From an uncultured Gammaproteobacteria bacterium (GTDB lineage Bacteria > Pseudomonadota > Gammaproteobacteria > CAWJPQ01): a DNA stretch of 64,000 nucleotides. The translations under genes were made by a program, and so were the position numbers. Below the pieces are notes generated by a model. That model searched no databases and was not told the DNA's origin. It saw only the letters and a list, made by a program, of their open reading frames with translations. The stretch covers positions 101,955 through 165,954 of the forward strand of contig CAWJPQ010000012.1 of the NCBI GenBank assembly GCA_963844825.1, written 5' to 3'. Shown here one piece after another: positions 1 to 9,882 of the stretch. Each line of letters begins with the position of its first letter. The stretch's first letter is position 1.

Positions 1-202
1 GTCTATGGCTATTATAAGCGTTCGGGCACCCGGCCGACAGCTTGCCGTTGCGCCCTGCCGGGTTAACTGTCCGCAACTAAACGTATTTTTTGTTAGATTG
101 GGGCCGTGAGCCGCGGCTGCGGCGACCCGGCCGGATATGATCCGGGCCGGCGATTTAACATCAGACCCGGTGTCACCCCCGATCACGAGGGCAACGAACA
201 GT

Positions 203-1516
203 ATGAGAGCACGCGTGATGCCGTCAATGCTGCGGGCGTTGCGCCACCGCAATTACCGGCTCTTTTTCGCCGGCCAGAGCCTGTCCCTGATCGGCACCTG
301 GATGACGCGTTTGGCGACCAACTGGCTGGTGTGGCGCCTTACCCACTCGCCGGAGATGCTCGGCCTGCTCGGATTCGCCGCCCAGGCGCCGACGTTCGTG
401 TTCGCCTCCGTCGCCGGCGTCTGGGTGGACAGGCTCAACCGCCATCGGCTGCTGATCGCGACTCAGGTGCTGTCGATGCTCCAGTCCTTTGCGCTGGCGG
501 CCCTGGCGCTCTCGGGCACGGTCGAGGTGTGGGAGATTTTTGTCCTTCAGCTGTTTCAGGGCGTCACCAACGCCTTCGATATGCCGACGCGCCAGTCCCT
601 GTTGATCGACCTGATCGAGGACCGGGCGGACCTGTCCAACGCGGTGGCGCTCAATTCGTCGATGGTCAACGGGGCGCGCCTGATCGGGCCGAGCGTGGCG
701 GGCCTGCTCATCGCGTGGGTGGGGGAGGGGTGGTGCTTCTTCGCCGACGGGGTGAGCTATCTGGCCGTTATCGGTTCGCTGCTCGCCATGCACGTGGCCC
801 TGCGCCCCCTCGTGGGCGAGCGGCAGCGGGTATTTCATGACCTGAGCGACGGGCTGCGCTATGCGTTCGGTTTTGCGCCCATCCGGGCGATCCTGCTGCT
901 GCTCGCGCTGGTGGGGCTGGCGGGCATCCCCTACCGGGTGTTGATGCCGGTGATCGCCTCCCGGACGCTGCACGGCGGTGCCCACACTCTCGGCTTTCTC
1001 ATGGCGGCCATGGGCCTCGGGGCGCTCCTCGGCGCCCTGTACCTGGCATCACGCAAGACGGTGATCGGCCTTGGCGGCTTGATACCGTATGCCGCCGCGA
1101 CCTTCGGCGCCGGCCTCATGGGCGTCGGCCTGTCCCGCTGGTTCCCCTTGTCGCTGCTGGTCATGGTCGTTATGGGCGTGGGTTTCATGATCCACCTGGC
1201 CGCCAGCAACACCGTCATCCAGACCCTGGTGCGTGAAGAGATGCGGGGACGGGTCATGGCGCTGTACACCATGGCGTTCATGGGTATGGCGACCTTCGGC
1301 AGCCTGGCGGTGGGCGCGGTGGCCGGCGTTATCGGCGCGCCCTGGACGCTGGTGGGCTGCGGGCTTGTGTGTATCGTGGGGGCCGGCGTCTTCGGTCAAA
1401 GGCTTCCCCGCCTGCGGGACAAGGCGCGGCCGGTCTATGTGGAGAAAGGTATCCTCCCCGACGTTGCCCAAGGCATGGGCGAGGCAACGGCATTGCGCGA
1501 GGAAGTGGAGCAGTAG
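203..1516 (+). CDS. MFS transporter (MFS_3 / enterobactin-exporter-like)
   Basis: ORF 137..1516. Product is rich in hydrophobic helices, with RHRNYRLFFAGQSLSLIGTWM near the N-terminus, typical of this MFS subfamily. Start moved to the internal Met (MRARV...) because the upstream ORF part is not membrane-like. Confidence 0.8.
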   Translation: MRARVMPSMLRALRHRNYRLFFAGQSLSLIGTWMTRLATNWLVWRLTHSPEMLGLLGFAAQAPTFVFASVAGVWVDRLNRHRLLIATQVLSMLQSFALAALALSGTVEVWEIFVLQLFQGVTNAFDMPTRQSLLIDLIEDRADLSNAVALNSSMVNGARLIGPSVAGLLIAWVGEGWCFFADGVSYLAVIGSLLAMHVALRPLVGERQRVFHDLSDGLRYAFGFAPIRAILLLLALVGLAGIPYRVLMPVIASRTLHGGAHTLGFLMAAMGLGALLGALYLASRKTVIGLGGLIPYAAATFGAGLMGVGLSRWFPLSLLVMVVMGVGFMIHLAASNTVIQTLVREEMRGRVMALYTMAFMGMATFGSLAVGAVAGVIGAPWTLVGCGLVCIVGAGVFGQRLPRLRDKARPVYVEKGILPDVAQGMGEATALREEVEQ

Positions 1517-1978
1517 CCCTCGAGTAGATCAACCGATCGTGCTTCAGGGGACACGCGCCGGGGTGCACAAGGGTGTGCCGAATCCCGTACCGGGTCGCTT
1601 TTTTTACCCCGGGGCCGCCTGGTCGGCCATCAGTGCCTGCTGAAATTGCCTCGGCCTGCTTGCGCCCTGGTGTCTGCCCCTGCCGCCTTGAATCTTCCTT
1701 CCCACCGGTTCCGGCCATGCCTTGGTCTTGTTCGGGCGCCGGTGATACGACAAATATGCGCGTAATTTCAGTAACTAAACCGCATGCCGATAAAACGAAG
1801 AGGGTCGATGCCGCGCAAGCCAAAGGGGGGAGCGCTGAGTGACGGGGGGTCCATGCCAGTGACGGGGAAAATTGCACGTTATTTCAGCAAGGTACAGGTT
1901 GTTCCTGTTCGCCTGAGCCTGATGTGCCGCCTCGTCGGCCGGGCTTTGACAATGCAAGGATAACCAACGTCTCACGCG

Positions 1979-4468
1979 ATGCCGAAAGACGCACAGTACA
2001 TGAGGCCGCCGGGGAAGGATCTGAGCTACCGCACCCTGTTCGACCTGATCAACGATGGGCTGTTGATCCTCGATCTTGAGGGATACATCAGGGAGCTCAA
2101 TCGCACGGCGTATGAGCGCCTGGGGTATGCCAGGGAAGAGTTGATAGGGTGCCATGTCTCGCGGCTGTACACGCCGGAGTACGCGGAACGGGTCCCTTCC
2201 CGGATCCGGGAAGTGCTTCGCCGTGGGTCCGCAGTGTTCGAGGTCACCAGCATGCGCAAAGACGGTTCGGTGATGCCGGTGGAGATCAATGCGCGACTGA
2301 TTGATCTGGAAGGGGAGCGCTGCATCCTCAGCGGCGTTCGCGATGTCAGCGAACGCAAAATGACCGAGGAAGCCCTGGCGCTGACCCAGATCGCCGTCGA
2401 CTGCAGTGTCGATGCAGTGTACTGGAAGGATATGGAGGGCCGCATCCTGAAGGTGAACGATCAGGCCTGCCGCAGCCTCGGCTATACACGCGAAGAGGTG
2501 TTAGGCATGCGTGCGTGGGATGTGGACCCGAATATTATCGCGGCCGACTGGCAGGAAATAGTAAATTCCCTGCGCAGAAATGGCTCTCTTCACCTTGAAT
2601 CCACGCACAGGCGTAAGGACGGCAGCACGTTCCCCGTTGAGGTGATTACCAATCATGTCCGCTACCGGGACAAGGAACACCACATCTCCTTTGTGCGCGA
2701 CATCACCGATCGCAAGCAGGCCGATGCAGCCCTTCGCGAGAGCGAAGAGCGCCTGCGCCAGGCTATTCGTGTCTCGCAAACCGGAATTTTCGATCATGAC
2801 CACCTGACCGACACTCTCTATTGGTCGCCCGAGCAGTATGCCATTTACGGCGTGCCACCCGATGAGACTGTTACCCTGGAGCGAATTGTCGCCGCCACGC
2901 ATGCGGCGGATCGGGACAGGGTCTGGCGGGCCGTGCAGCATGCCCATGACCCTCAGGGCGACGGCCTGTTCGACATCCAGTACCGCATTGCCCGGGACGA
3001 CGGGGTCCGGTGGGTAATGACCCGCTCGCAAACGCTGTTCGAAGGCGACGGCGAGGCGCGCCGTCCGGTGCGCACCGTGGGCGCGCTGATGGATATTACC
3101 GAACGCATGCGAGCCGAGGAGCAGGTGGCCTATCTCGCCTACTACGACTCCCTGACGGGGCTGGCCAACAGGCGCCTGCTGCACGACAGGTTGGAACGGG
3201 CGCTGGCCGTCAGTGCGCGCAACCGTCTTTACGGCGCGCTGCTGTTCATTGATCTCGATAACTTCAAGACCATCAACGATACCGTTGGGCACGAATACGG
3301 GGATCTGCTGCTGAAGGACGTGGCGCGCCGTCTGCAGGCGGTAGTCCGGGAATCGGACACCGTCTCGCGCCGCGGCGGCGATGAGTTCGTGGTGATCCTA
3401 GAGGAAATCGGCACGGACCGGGAGCATGCCGCGGCACAGGCCAAGGCCATCAGCGACAAGATTCTGGACGCGCTTGGCAGCCGCTACGAGCTGCACAAGC
3501 GCGAGTACACCGGTTCCGCCAGTATCGGCGTGGCCTTGTTCCTCGGTCATGAGGACAGTGTCGACGAGCTGTTAAAGCGCTCCGACATGGCTATGTATGA
3601 GGCGAAAAGGGCGGGGCGCGGTGTCTCGCGTTTCTTCGACCCGCTGATGCAGGCCGGTATCGAAAGGCGCGCCAAGATTGAGGGTGAGATCCGCAAGGCC
3701 CTGGTACAGGATCAGCTGATGCTGTATTACCAGGTGCGCGTCGGCCCGGGGGGGCGAGCGCTGGGCGCGGAGGCCCTGTTGCGTTGGGTCCATCCCGAGC
3801 GGGGCATCGTGCCGCCGGGGGAGTTTATTCCCATTTGCGAAGAAAGCGGACTGATCCTGCCCGTCGGCGAGTGGGTCCTGGAGTCGGCCTGCGCCCAACT
3901 TCGGGAATGGGGGACCCGTCCCGCGACCCGTGCCTTCAAGCTCTCGGTCAATATCAGCGCCAAACAGTTTCGCCAGGACGACTTCGTCGACCAGGTGGTG
4001 CGGATCGTCGAAAGGTCGGGAATCGACCCCGCGCGCCTGGAACTGGAGCTCACCGAGAGCATGTTCCTGGACAATATCGAGCAGTCTATCGAGAAAATGC
4101 GCACGCTGCGCGAGATGGGAATACTGTTCGCCCTGGATGATTTCGGCACCGGCTATTCATCCCTTTCCTACCTCAAGAGACTGCCCCTGAATCAAGTCAA
4201 GATTGACCGCAGTTTCGTGCGCGATATCGCCGTCGACAGGAACGATGAGGCCATTGTTGAGACCATCGTCAAGATGGGCCAGACCCTGGGGCTGGAGGTC
4301 ATCGCAGAGGGTGTAGAGACGGATGAACAACGCCGCATGCTGGAGCGCTACGGCTGCGAGAATTTCCAGGGCTACCTGTTCGGCAAACCCCTTCCAATCA
4401 GCGAGTTTGAGCAAGCCCTGCCTGGCGCCTCAATGGCCGGTGGGGTCGGCCTCCTTCAACGTAAATAG
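1979..4468 (+). CDS. Cytoplasmic multi-PAS diguanylate cyclase/phosphodiesterase (PAS-PAS-PAS-GGDEF-EAL)
   Basis: 829-aa ORF with repeated PAS/PAC blocks. GGDEF motif (RRGGDEFVVIL) has an RESD I-site five residues upstream. EAL domain motifs are EALLRW and DDFGTGYSSL. Confidence 0.9.
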   Translation: MPKDAQYMRPPGKDLSYRTLFDLINDGLLILDLEGYIRELNRTAYERLGYAREELIGCHVSRLYTPEYAERVPSRIREVLRRGSAVFEVTSMRKDGSVMPVEINARLIDLEGERCILSGVRDVSERKMTEEALALTQIAVDCSVDAVYWKDMEGRILKVNDQACRSLGYTREEVLGMRAWDVDPNIIAADWQEIVNSLRRNGSLHLESTHRRKDGSTFPVEVITNHVRYRDKEHHISFVRDITDRKQADAALRESEERLRQAIRVSQTGIFDHDHLTDTLYWSPEQYAIYGVPPDETVTLERIVAATHAADRDRVWRAVQHAHDPQGDGLFDIQYRIARDDGVRWVMTRSQTLFEGDGEARRPVRTVGALMDITERMRAEEQVAYLAYYDSLTGLANRRLLHDRLERALAVSARNRLYGALLFIDLDNFKTINDTVGHEYGDLLLKDVARRLQAVVRESDTVSRRGGDEFVVILEEIGTDREHAAAQAKAISDKILDALGSRYELHKREYTGSASIGVALFLGHEDSVDELLKRSDMAMYEAKRAGRGVSRFFDPLMQAGIERRAKIEGEIRKALVQDQLMLYYQVRVGPGGRALGAEALLRWVHPERGIVPPGEFIPICEESGLILPVGEWVLESACAQLREWGTRPATRAFKLSVNISAKQFRQDDFVDQVVRIVERSGIDPARLELELTESMFLDNIEQSIEKMRTLREMGILFALDDFGTGYSSLSYLKRLPLNQVKIDRSFVRDIAVDRNDEAIVETIVKMGQTLGLEVIAEGVETDEQRRMLERYGCENFQGYLFGKPLPISEFEQALPGASMAGGVGLLQRK

Positions 4469-4605
4469 CTGGAACAGCGAGGCCTTAAAACGGTATCCTG
4501 TCACTGCGGTTGCGCCGCAATACAGCGCGCACCCGTTTCACCCGCTCCCGAAGGGAACGGGGAGTCAACTTTTTACTGCAGGGTTTTCTTGGGAGCAGCA
4601 CCCGC

Positions 4606-4872
4606 ATGGCCGCATCATGGTGTGTCTACATCGTCCACTGCGCAGACGACAGCCTGTATACCGGCATTGCCACTGATGCCGCGCGCCGCGTCGAGGAACA
4701 CAATAACGATGACCTGCTGGCCGCCAGGTATACCCGCGCCCGCCGGCCCGTGGTGCTGGTGTATCAGGAGCCCTGCCGCGACCGCGCCCAGGCCGCACGG
4801 CGCGAGCACGCCATCAAACGCCTCCCGCGGGGCGAGAAACTCGCATTGATCGAAGCGCGGAAGGTCGGCTAG
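4606..4872 (+). CDS. GIY-YIG nuclease family protein (UPF0213-like)
   Basis: ORF 4510..4872. WCVYIVHCADDSLYTGIATD...RVEEHN...RREHAIKRL matches the GIY-YIG core. Start set at the internal Met (MAASW) just before the motif. Confidence 0.75.
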   Translation: MAASWCVYIVHCADDSLYTGIATDAARRVEEHNNDDLLAARYTRARRPVVLVYQEPCRDRAQAARREHAIKRLPRGEKLALIEARKVG

Positions 4873-5024
4873 GGAACCTCTGCACATGTCGATCAAGGGG
4901 ATGATCACAAGGCGCACAAGAGCGAGGGAGCGCAGTTTACAAGGAGTAAATGAGCATTCCGAGCCCCTTTGCAACGCCGTGAGCGCCGCTTCAGCGGCCT
5001 GTGCGCAGGTTCCCTAGGGACCCC

Positions 5025-5573
5025 ATGGCCCTCAAGGCGACGATCTTCAAGGCCGACCTGCAGATCGCGGATATGGACCGCCATTACTACCAAGATCATG
5101 CTCTTACCGTCGCCCGGCACCCGTCGGAGACCGACGAGCGCATGATGGTGCGCCTGCTGGTCTTCGCCCTGCACGCCCATGAGGCCCTGACATTCGGCAA
5201 GGGGCTGAGCACCGCCGGGGAGCCCGACCTGTGGCAAAAGGACCTGACCGGGGCAATCGAGCTGTGGATAGACGTGGGTCTGCCCGATGAAAAGGACATC
5301 CGCAAGGCCTGCGGGCGCGCCCACCGGGTGATCATCTACAGCTACGGCGGGCGCAGCGCCGACCTGTGGTGGGCGAAAAACCGTGACAAGGTCGAACGCG
5401 CCGGGAATCTCACCGTCATCAACCTCCCGCCCGCCGCCAGCCAGAACCTGACCAAGCTGGCCCGGCGCACCATGCAACTGCAGTGCACCGTTCAGGACGG
5501 CGGGATCTGGCTGGCGGATAACGAGGACCGGGTCGAGGTACCCCTGGTGACCCTGAAACCCCCGCGTCGTTGA
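5025..5573 (+). CDS. yaeQ: YaeQ family protein (PD-(D/E)XK fold)
   Basis: MALKATIFKADLQIADMDRHYYQDHALTVARHPSETDERMMVRLLVFALHA is the characteristic YaeQ N-terminus. Start placed at MALKAT within ORF 5001..5573. Confidence 0.85.
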   Translation: MALKATIFKADLQIADMDRHYYQDHALTVARHPSETDERMMVRLLVFALHAHEALTFGKGLSTAGEPDLWQKDLTGAIELWIDVGLPDEKDIRKACGRAHRVIIYSYGGRSADLWWAKNRDKVERAGNLTVINLPPAASQNLTKLARRTMQLQCTVQDGGIWLADNEDRVEVPLVTLKPPRR

Positions 5574-5688
5574 GCCATTGAAATCAAGGGTCAAAGTGTC
5601 CAGTCTGATATAATGCAAGTCAAATCGTAAAGTGTGGGTTTTATGGTGATCGCCAATGGCGTGGCTTGAACATGAAGGAGAAACGATC

Positions 5689-5787
5689 ATGAGCAAAGGA
5701 CAGGACAAAAAGAAGGAAGCCAAGAAAAAGCCGGCCAAGACCCTGATGGAAAAAAGGGCCGAGAAGAAATCCAAAAGAGATAAATAA
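5689..5787 (+). CDS. Small lysine-rich basic protein (32 aa), hypothetical
   Basis: Hand-translated ATG ORF: MSKGQDKKKEAKKKPAKTLMEKRAEKKSKRDK-stop. GAAGGAG lies 8 nt upstream. Too short for the ORF track. It sits in an otherwise empty gap. Confidence 0.4.
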   Translation: MSKGQDKKKEAKKKPAKTLMEKRAEKKSKRDK

Positions 5788-6109
5788 GGCAAGGGAAGGG
5801 CGCAACAGTCCGTCCTTCCGGATGTGCCGTAGCGCCCGTGAAGATCAAGCCGTATGCAGACGGATGCTTATCTGTTGGCCTATTGCCTTCGTCTTCATCC
5901 GAACCGGGTGCGGGCGCCCATGCCAGACCCCGTCAAATAGCCCCGTCCCCTTTAGCATGCCGCCTTTTGCATAGCCAGTTCCGTTGATGAGCCTTCACGG
6001 GCCGGCGGCCCGCATGGCGCGTTGCGTATTTGCATGTATCTTATAAAATAGGGGGAACGTTGCCCTTTGGAACGTTTGGTGGTTATCAATAACATCCGGA
6101 GCGCACCCC

Positions 6110-6655
6110 ATGGGGAATTCACTTTTAGAGCAGCTGAAGAAGAGCGGCCTGGTTGATAACAAAAAGGCGCAGCAGGTCAAGCACAGCCAATATAAAAGTC
6201 AGAAGCAGAAGGCCAAAAAAGGGTCAGCTCAGAAGGAGGATGAAGCCAAGCGGCTGGCGCAAAAGGCGCATGCCGAAAAGGTCGAGCGCGACCGCCGGCT
6301 TAACCAGCAAAAAAAGGAAGAGGCTGAGCGTAAGGCTGTTGCCGCCCAGATCAAGCAGCTGATCGAAGCCAACCGTGTTGAAGAGCGGGATGGGGATGTC
6401 GCTTACAATTTTACGGATGGCACTGTGGTCAGGAAACTGCACGTCTCGGAGCAGGTGCGCAAACATCTCATGTCCGGGCGCCTGGCGATCGCCAAGCTGG
6501 GTGAGCGCTATGAGCTGGTGCCCATGCCCGTGGCGGAGAAGATCAAACAGCGCGATCCCCAGAGCATCATCCTGCCGGATCAAGGCGGCGAACCTGAGCC
6601 GGACGGGGATGACCCATACGCCGACTATAAGATTCCGGATGATCTGATGTGGTGA
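6110..6655 (+). CDS. yaiL: DUF2058 / YaiL family protein
   Basis: MGNSLLEQLKKSGLVDNKKAQQVKHSQYKSQKQ N-terminus, a K/E-rich middle and an acidic C-terminus match the YaiL family pattern. A possible TTGCGT-N16-TAAAAT promoter lies at 6022..6049. Confidence 0.8.
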   Translation: MGNSLLEQLKKSGLVDNKKAQQVKHSQYKSQKQKAKKGSAQKEDEAKRLAQKAHAEKVERDRRLNQQKKEEAERKAVAAQIKQLIEANRVEERDGDVAYNFTDGTVVRKLHVSEQVRKHLMSGRLAIAKLGERYELVPMPVAEKIKQRDPQSIILPDQGGEPEPDGDDPYADYKIPDDLMW

Positions 6656-6739
6656 AGCGCTGCCATTCGTTCCGGGGTTAACAGGGGTGTGTCCCGTTAA
6701 CGCTATGAGTTCTCAATAAGCATCGGTGCGGGGCTCGGT

Positions 6740-7117
6740 ATGGCGAAACCGGACAAAGACAAATTGAATCAGGTGGTGAGCGAATCGCGCCGTGCCCGTG
6801 AGCTGCGGGAGCAGGGCTATCGCGAACGCGCCCTGAAGATGTATCCGCCGATCTGCGGGCGCTGCGGTCGAGAGTTCACGCGCAAGAATCTTCATGAGCT
6901 GACAGTCCATCACCGCGACCATAATCACGACAACAACCCGGAGGACGGCAGTAACTGGGAACTGCTTTGTCTGTATTGCCACGACAACGAACACCAGCGG
7001 CAGCTGGAGGCGCAGCGGGGTCATAGCGTCGACGCCGCGAAAGAAGGGGCGGGCGCCACGTTCAATCCGTTTTCCGATCTCAAATCCCTGCTGGATGGGA
7101 AGGAAAAAAAGGACTGA
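6740..7117 (+). CDS. yajD: HNH endonuclease family protein YajD
   Basis: CGRCGREF...LTVHHRDHNHDNNPEDGSNWELLCLYCHDNEH is the YajD-type HNH/zinc motif. Confidence 0.85.
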   Translation: MAKPDKDKLNQVVSESRRARELREQGYRERALKMYPPICGRCGREFTRKNLHELTVHHRDHNHDNNPEDGSNWELLCLYCHDNEHQRQLEAQRGHSVDAAKEGAGATFNPFSDLKSLLDGKEKKD

Positions 7118-7138
7118 TTCGGGACCGGGCCCCGGGGT

Positions 7139-7990
7139 CTATTGCCCCATCTGCCGCTTGTAGCGTTGCCGCGCCGCCTCTTCCTGGATCGCGGCGTCGA
7201 CTTCCCGCATGACGCCCTCCACATCGGCCGGCTTGTCGCTGCGCTGGAAGCGTCCGGTCAGCTCGATGTCCGGGTGTAGCCTGCCGCTCTGGTAGTGGGA
7301 CCAGATCTCCATGCTGTAGTCGGTAGCCAGGAGCTCGGGCGCGAAGCGGCCGAGATAGGCGGCGAGGTTGTTGATGTCGCGCTCGAGGATGGTGAAGGCG
7401 TGATTGTTGCCGGCGGCGTCTACGGCTTGAGGCAGGTCGATGATGACGGGTCCGTCGGCGCTGATAAGGACGTTGTATTCCGACAAATCGCCGTGGACGA
7501 TCCCGGCGCAGAGCATGCGGACAACCTGCTTGATCAGGGTGCCGTGGTATTCGCGGGCCTGTTCGGCCGTCAGGGCCAGATCGTTGAGCCGCGGGGCGAC
7601 GTCACCGTCGTCGCCTGTCACCAGTTCCATCAGCAGCACACCGTCGACGAAGTGATAGGGTTGCGGGACGCGCACGCCGGCGGCGCTGAGGCGGTATAAG
7701 GCGTCGACCTCCGCGCTTTGCCACGCCTCTTCCTGGGCCTGGCGTCCGTAGCGGGCGCCTTTTTCCATGGCGCGGGCGCGGCGGCTGTTTCTCACCTTGC
7801 GTCCTTCCGTGTAATCGGCGCTCTGGCGAAAGCCCCGTTTGTTGGCCTCTTTGTACACCTTGGCGCAGCGCAGCTCATCCCCATGGCGGACCACGTAGAC
7901 CATGGCCTCTTTGCCGCTCATGAGTGGGCGGACGACCTCGTCGGCAAGGCCATCCTGGATAAGGGGTTCAATTCGCGTCGGCGTTTTCAT
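7139..7990 (-). CDS. RIO1-like serine protein kinase (PA4780 family)
   Basis: 283-aa ORF. SGKEAMVY...CAKVYK nucleotide-binding region and the IVHGDLSEYNVL...IIDLPQAV catalytic/metal loops are typical of bacterial RIO kinases. Confidence 0.85.
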   Translation of the reverse strand: MKTPTRIEPLIQDGLADEVVRPLMSGKEAMVYVVRHGDELRCAKVYKEANKRGFRQSADYTEGRKVRNSRRARAMEKGARYGRQAQEEAWQSAEVDALYRLSAAGVRVPQPYHFVDGVLLMELVTGDDGDVAPRLNDLALTAEQAREYHGTLIKQVVRMLCAGIVHGDLSEYNVLISADGPVIIDLPQAVDAAGNNHAFTILERDINNLAAYLGRFAPELLATDYSMEIWSHYQSGRLHPDIELTGRFQRSDKPADVEGVMREVDAAIQEEAARQRYKRQMGQ

Positions 7991-8370
7991 AGGAATAAAT
8001 TTCCGCTTCGGCCCGCAACGGAGAGCTTCAAGGCGCGTCGGGGGTTCAGGCTTGAGGGTTGATGGGGGCTATGATCATCGATTGCGGGGCGGCTTAAGTC
8101 CCGTAAACCAGCATTATAACATAGGGACATAAATGCGCGCGGGGGTCCGTGATTGCAACGGCTGAGGGTTTGCCCGGGGGGGGCTCAAATTGGCCCCACA
8201 GGGACCGGCTGCAAATCCTTATCATTTGTCACCGCCCCTTTTTAAGTTCAATTATACTGAGCGCCTAAGGGGCGATGTTTTGAGCAGGGGTCGTGCGGCA
8301 ATGGCCGGACCGCCATGCCGGTCCGCCTGGATCCGCGCGACATGCGGCAGGAATGACTTTAGGTGCGACT

Positions 8371-8640
8371 ATGAAAATATTGGTGCGCAGTCTGTCACGG
8401 GAAACCACTGAGGATCAGCTGCTGGAACTGTTCAAGGCCTATGGCAAGGTGCAGTACTGCAAGGTGGTGATGGATGATGTGGCAGGGAAATCCAAGGGCT
8501 TTGGCTTCGTGGAAATGCCCCGGGTTGGAGACGCCAAGGCGGCCATCAGGACGCTCAATGGCCAGGAAGTGGACGGACACAAGATCCGGGTGAAAGCGGC
8601 CGAGGCGAAGGCGGATAAGAGCAGTGAACAGAGTGGCTGA
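8371..8640 (+). CDS. RNA-binding protein, single RRM domain
   Basis: MKILVRSLS (RNP2-like) and KGFGFVEM (RNP1) motifs. Start set at MKIL within ORF 8293..8640. Confidence 0.85.
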   Translation: MKILVRSLSRETTEDQLLELFKAYGKVQYCKVVMDDVAGKSKGFGFVEMPRVGDAKAAIRTLNGQEVDGHKIRVKAAEAKADKSSEQSG

Positions 8641-8676
8641 CAGTGCACCCCCTGGGGGAGAGTGGTTTAGGGCGCT

Positions 8677-8907
8677 ATGAGTGATCCGGCGGCCAACAAT
8701 GCGCTTCACGGCATTACGCTGGAGGTCATGTTGCACCAGCTGGTGCAACATTACGGCTGGGAGGCCCTGGGGCGAATGATCAATATCAAGTGTTTTAATC
8801 ATGACCCCAGCATCAAATCCAGCCTGAAGTTTCTGAGGCGGACGCCTTGGGCCAGGGAGAAGGTCGAGCGCCTGTACCTGCGCATCCAGCGGTCTGGCGG
8901 CAGTTGA
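8677..8907 (+). CDS. VF530 / DUF2132 family DNA-binding protein
   Basis: [55 protein letters not shown] matches the conserved DUF2132 core. Confidence 0.8.
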   Translation: MSDPAANNALHGITLEVMLHQLVQHYGWEALGRMINIKCFNHDPSIKSSLKFLRRTPWAREKVERLYLRIQRSGGS

Positions 8908-8968
8908 TGCGCGGTGAAATCTTATCAACCCTGGTTCATGCTTTGATTCCTGGTCCCGTGAAGTAGCG

Positions 8969-9646
8969 ATGATTCCCTGGGTGTTGCTTGACGAGGCGCG
9001 GGTGGCGGCCGGTGGCGAAAAGCTGTCGCTCTATCAGCGCGACCGGGAGTTTTCCATCCGGCTTGCCGGACGCGGCGAGCTGATGAACAGCCGCAGCCAC
9101 GGGTCCGAGGAGGCCCTTGCCGAGCTCGCCTGTGCCCGGCTGGCGGGGCGTGCCGGCAGCCATGTGCTGATCGGCGGTCTGGGCATGGGGTTCACCCTGG
9201 CCGCGGCCCTGCGCCATCTTCCCGCCGACGCGCGGCTGACGGTGGCAGAGCTGGTACCGCAGGTGGTCGCTTGGAACCGGGGGCCTCTCGGTGATCTAGC
9301 CGGCCACCCCCTGTCGGACCCGCGGGTCACCATGCGCGAGGGCGATGTCGCGGACATGATCGAGGCCCGGGGCGCCGCTTATGATGGCATTCTTCTGGAC
9401 GTGGATAACGGCCCTGAAGGCTTTACCCAGGCGGGGAACGAGTGGCTCTATGGCTCCGACGGTCTTTGCGCAACGTATGCGGCCCTGCGCACCGGCGGGG
9501 TTCTGGCCGTGTGGTCGGCCGGTCACGCGCCGGTGTTCACCGGCCGACTGCTCAAGGCGGGGTTTGATGTGGAGGAGATGCCCGTACGGGCACGCGGGTC
9601 CCGCGGGGCGCGGCATATGATCTGGCTCGCCCGGCGTCCGGATTGA
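8969..9646 (+). CDS. Spermidine-synthase-like class I methyltransferase-fold protein
   Basis: VLIGGLGMGFTL (SAM-fold G-rich loop), VAELVPQVV and YDGILLDVDNGP are typical of short polyamine-aminopropyltransferase-like proteins. Confidence 0.7.
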   Translation: MIPWVLLDEARVAAGGEKLSLYQRDREFSIRLAGRGELMNSRSHGSEEALAELACARLAGRAGSHVLIGGLGMGFTLAAALRHLPADARLTVAELVPQVVAWNRGPLGDLAGHPLSDPRVTMREGDVADMIEARGAAYDGILLDVDNGPEGFTQAGNEWLYGSDGLCATYAALRTGGVLAVWSAGHAPVFTGRLLKAGFDVEEMPVRARGSRGARHMIWLARRPD

Positions 9647-9670
9647 TGCCGGGGCGGCCCTCGGGCCGGT

Positions 9671-9742
9671 CCCCTCACCCCGGCCCTCTATCCTATAGGG
9701 CATGCATCCCCCAACACGGAGAAAGGAGCGGGCGCCGTTGCG
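9671..9742. repeat. Intergenic hairpin repeat (REP/MITE-like family), copy A
   Basis: CCCCTCACCCCGGCCCTCTATCCTATAGGGCATGCATCCC...GGAGAAAGGAGCGGGCGCCGTTGC aligns by eye with the copies at 24794 and 41351. Confidence 0.6.
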
Positions 9743-9803
9743 TTGCCTTTGACAGCGCACCGCTCTGTGGGTGTGTATTACGGTATGGCTGCTGGGCGTC
9801 GTA

Positions 9804-9832
9804 TTCCATACATGGGCGTATTCCTGTATAAT
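9804..9832 (+). promoter_or_regulatory. Putative sigma70 promoter for the SulP gene
   Basis: TTCCAT-N17-TATAAT, about 50 bp upstream of the 9883 start. Confidence 0.35.
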
Positions 9833-9882
9833 AGCTTGTTTTTTCGCTTAATCTTTTCCTGGCAATTTCCCAAAGGTGATCA

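Noticed and set aside
4905-5792. 295-aa minus-strand ORF overlapping yaeQ and the small lysine-rich ORF
   Set aside because: It is antisense to the clearly recognisable YaeQ gene and has a low-complexity product. Its 5' part merely mirrors the Lys-rich ORF as Phe/Leu-rich sequence.
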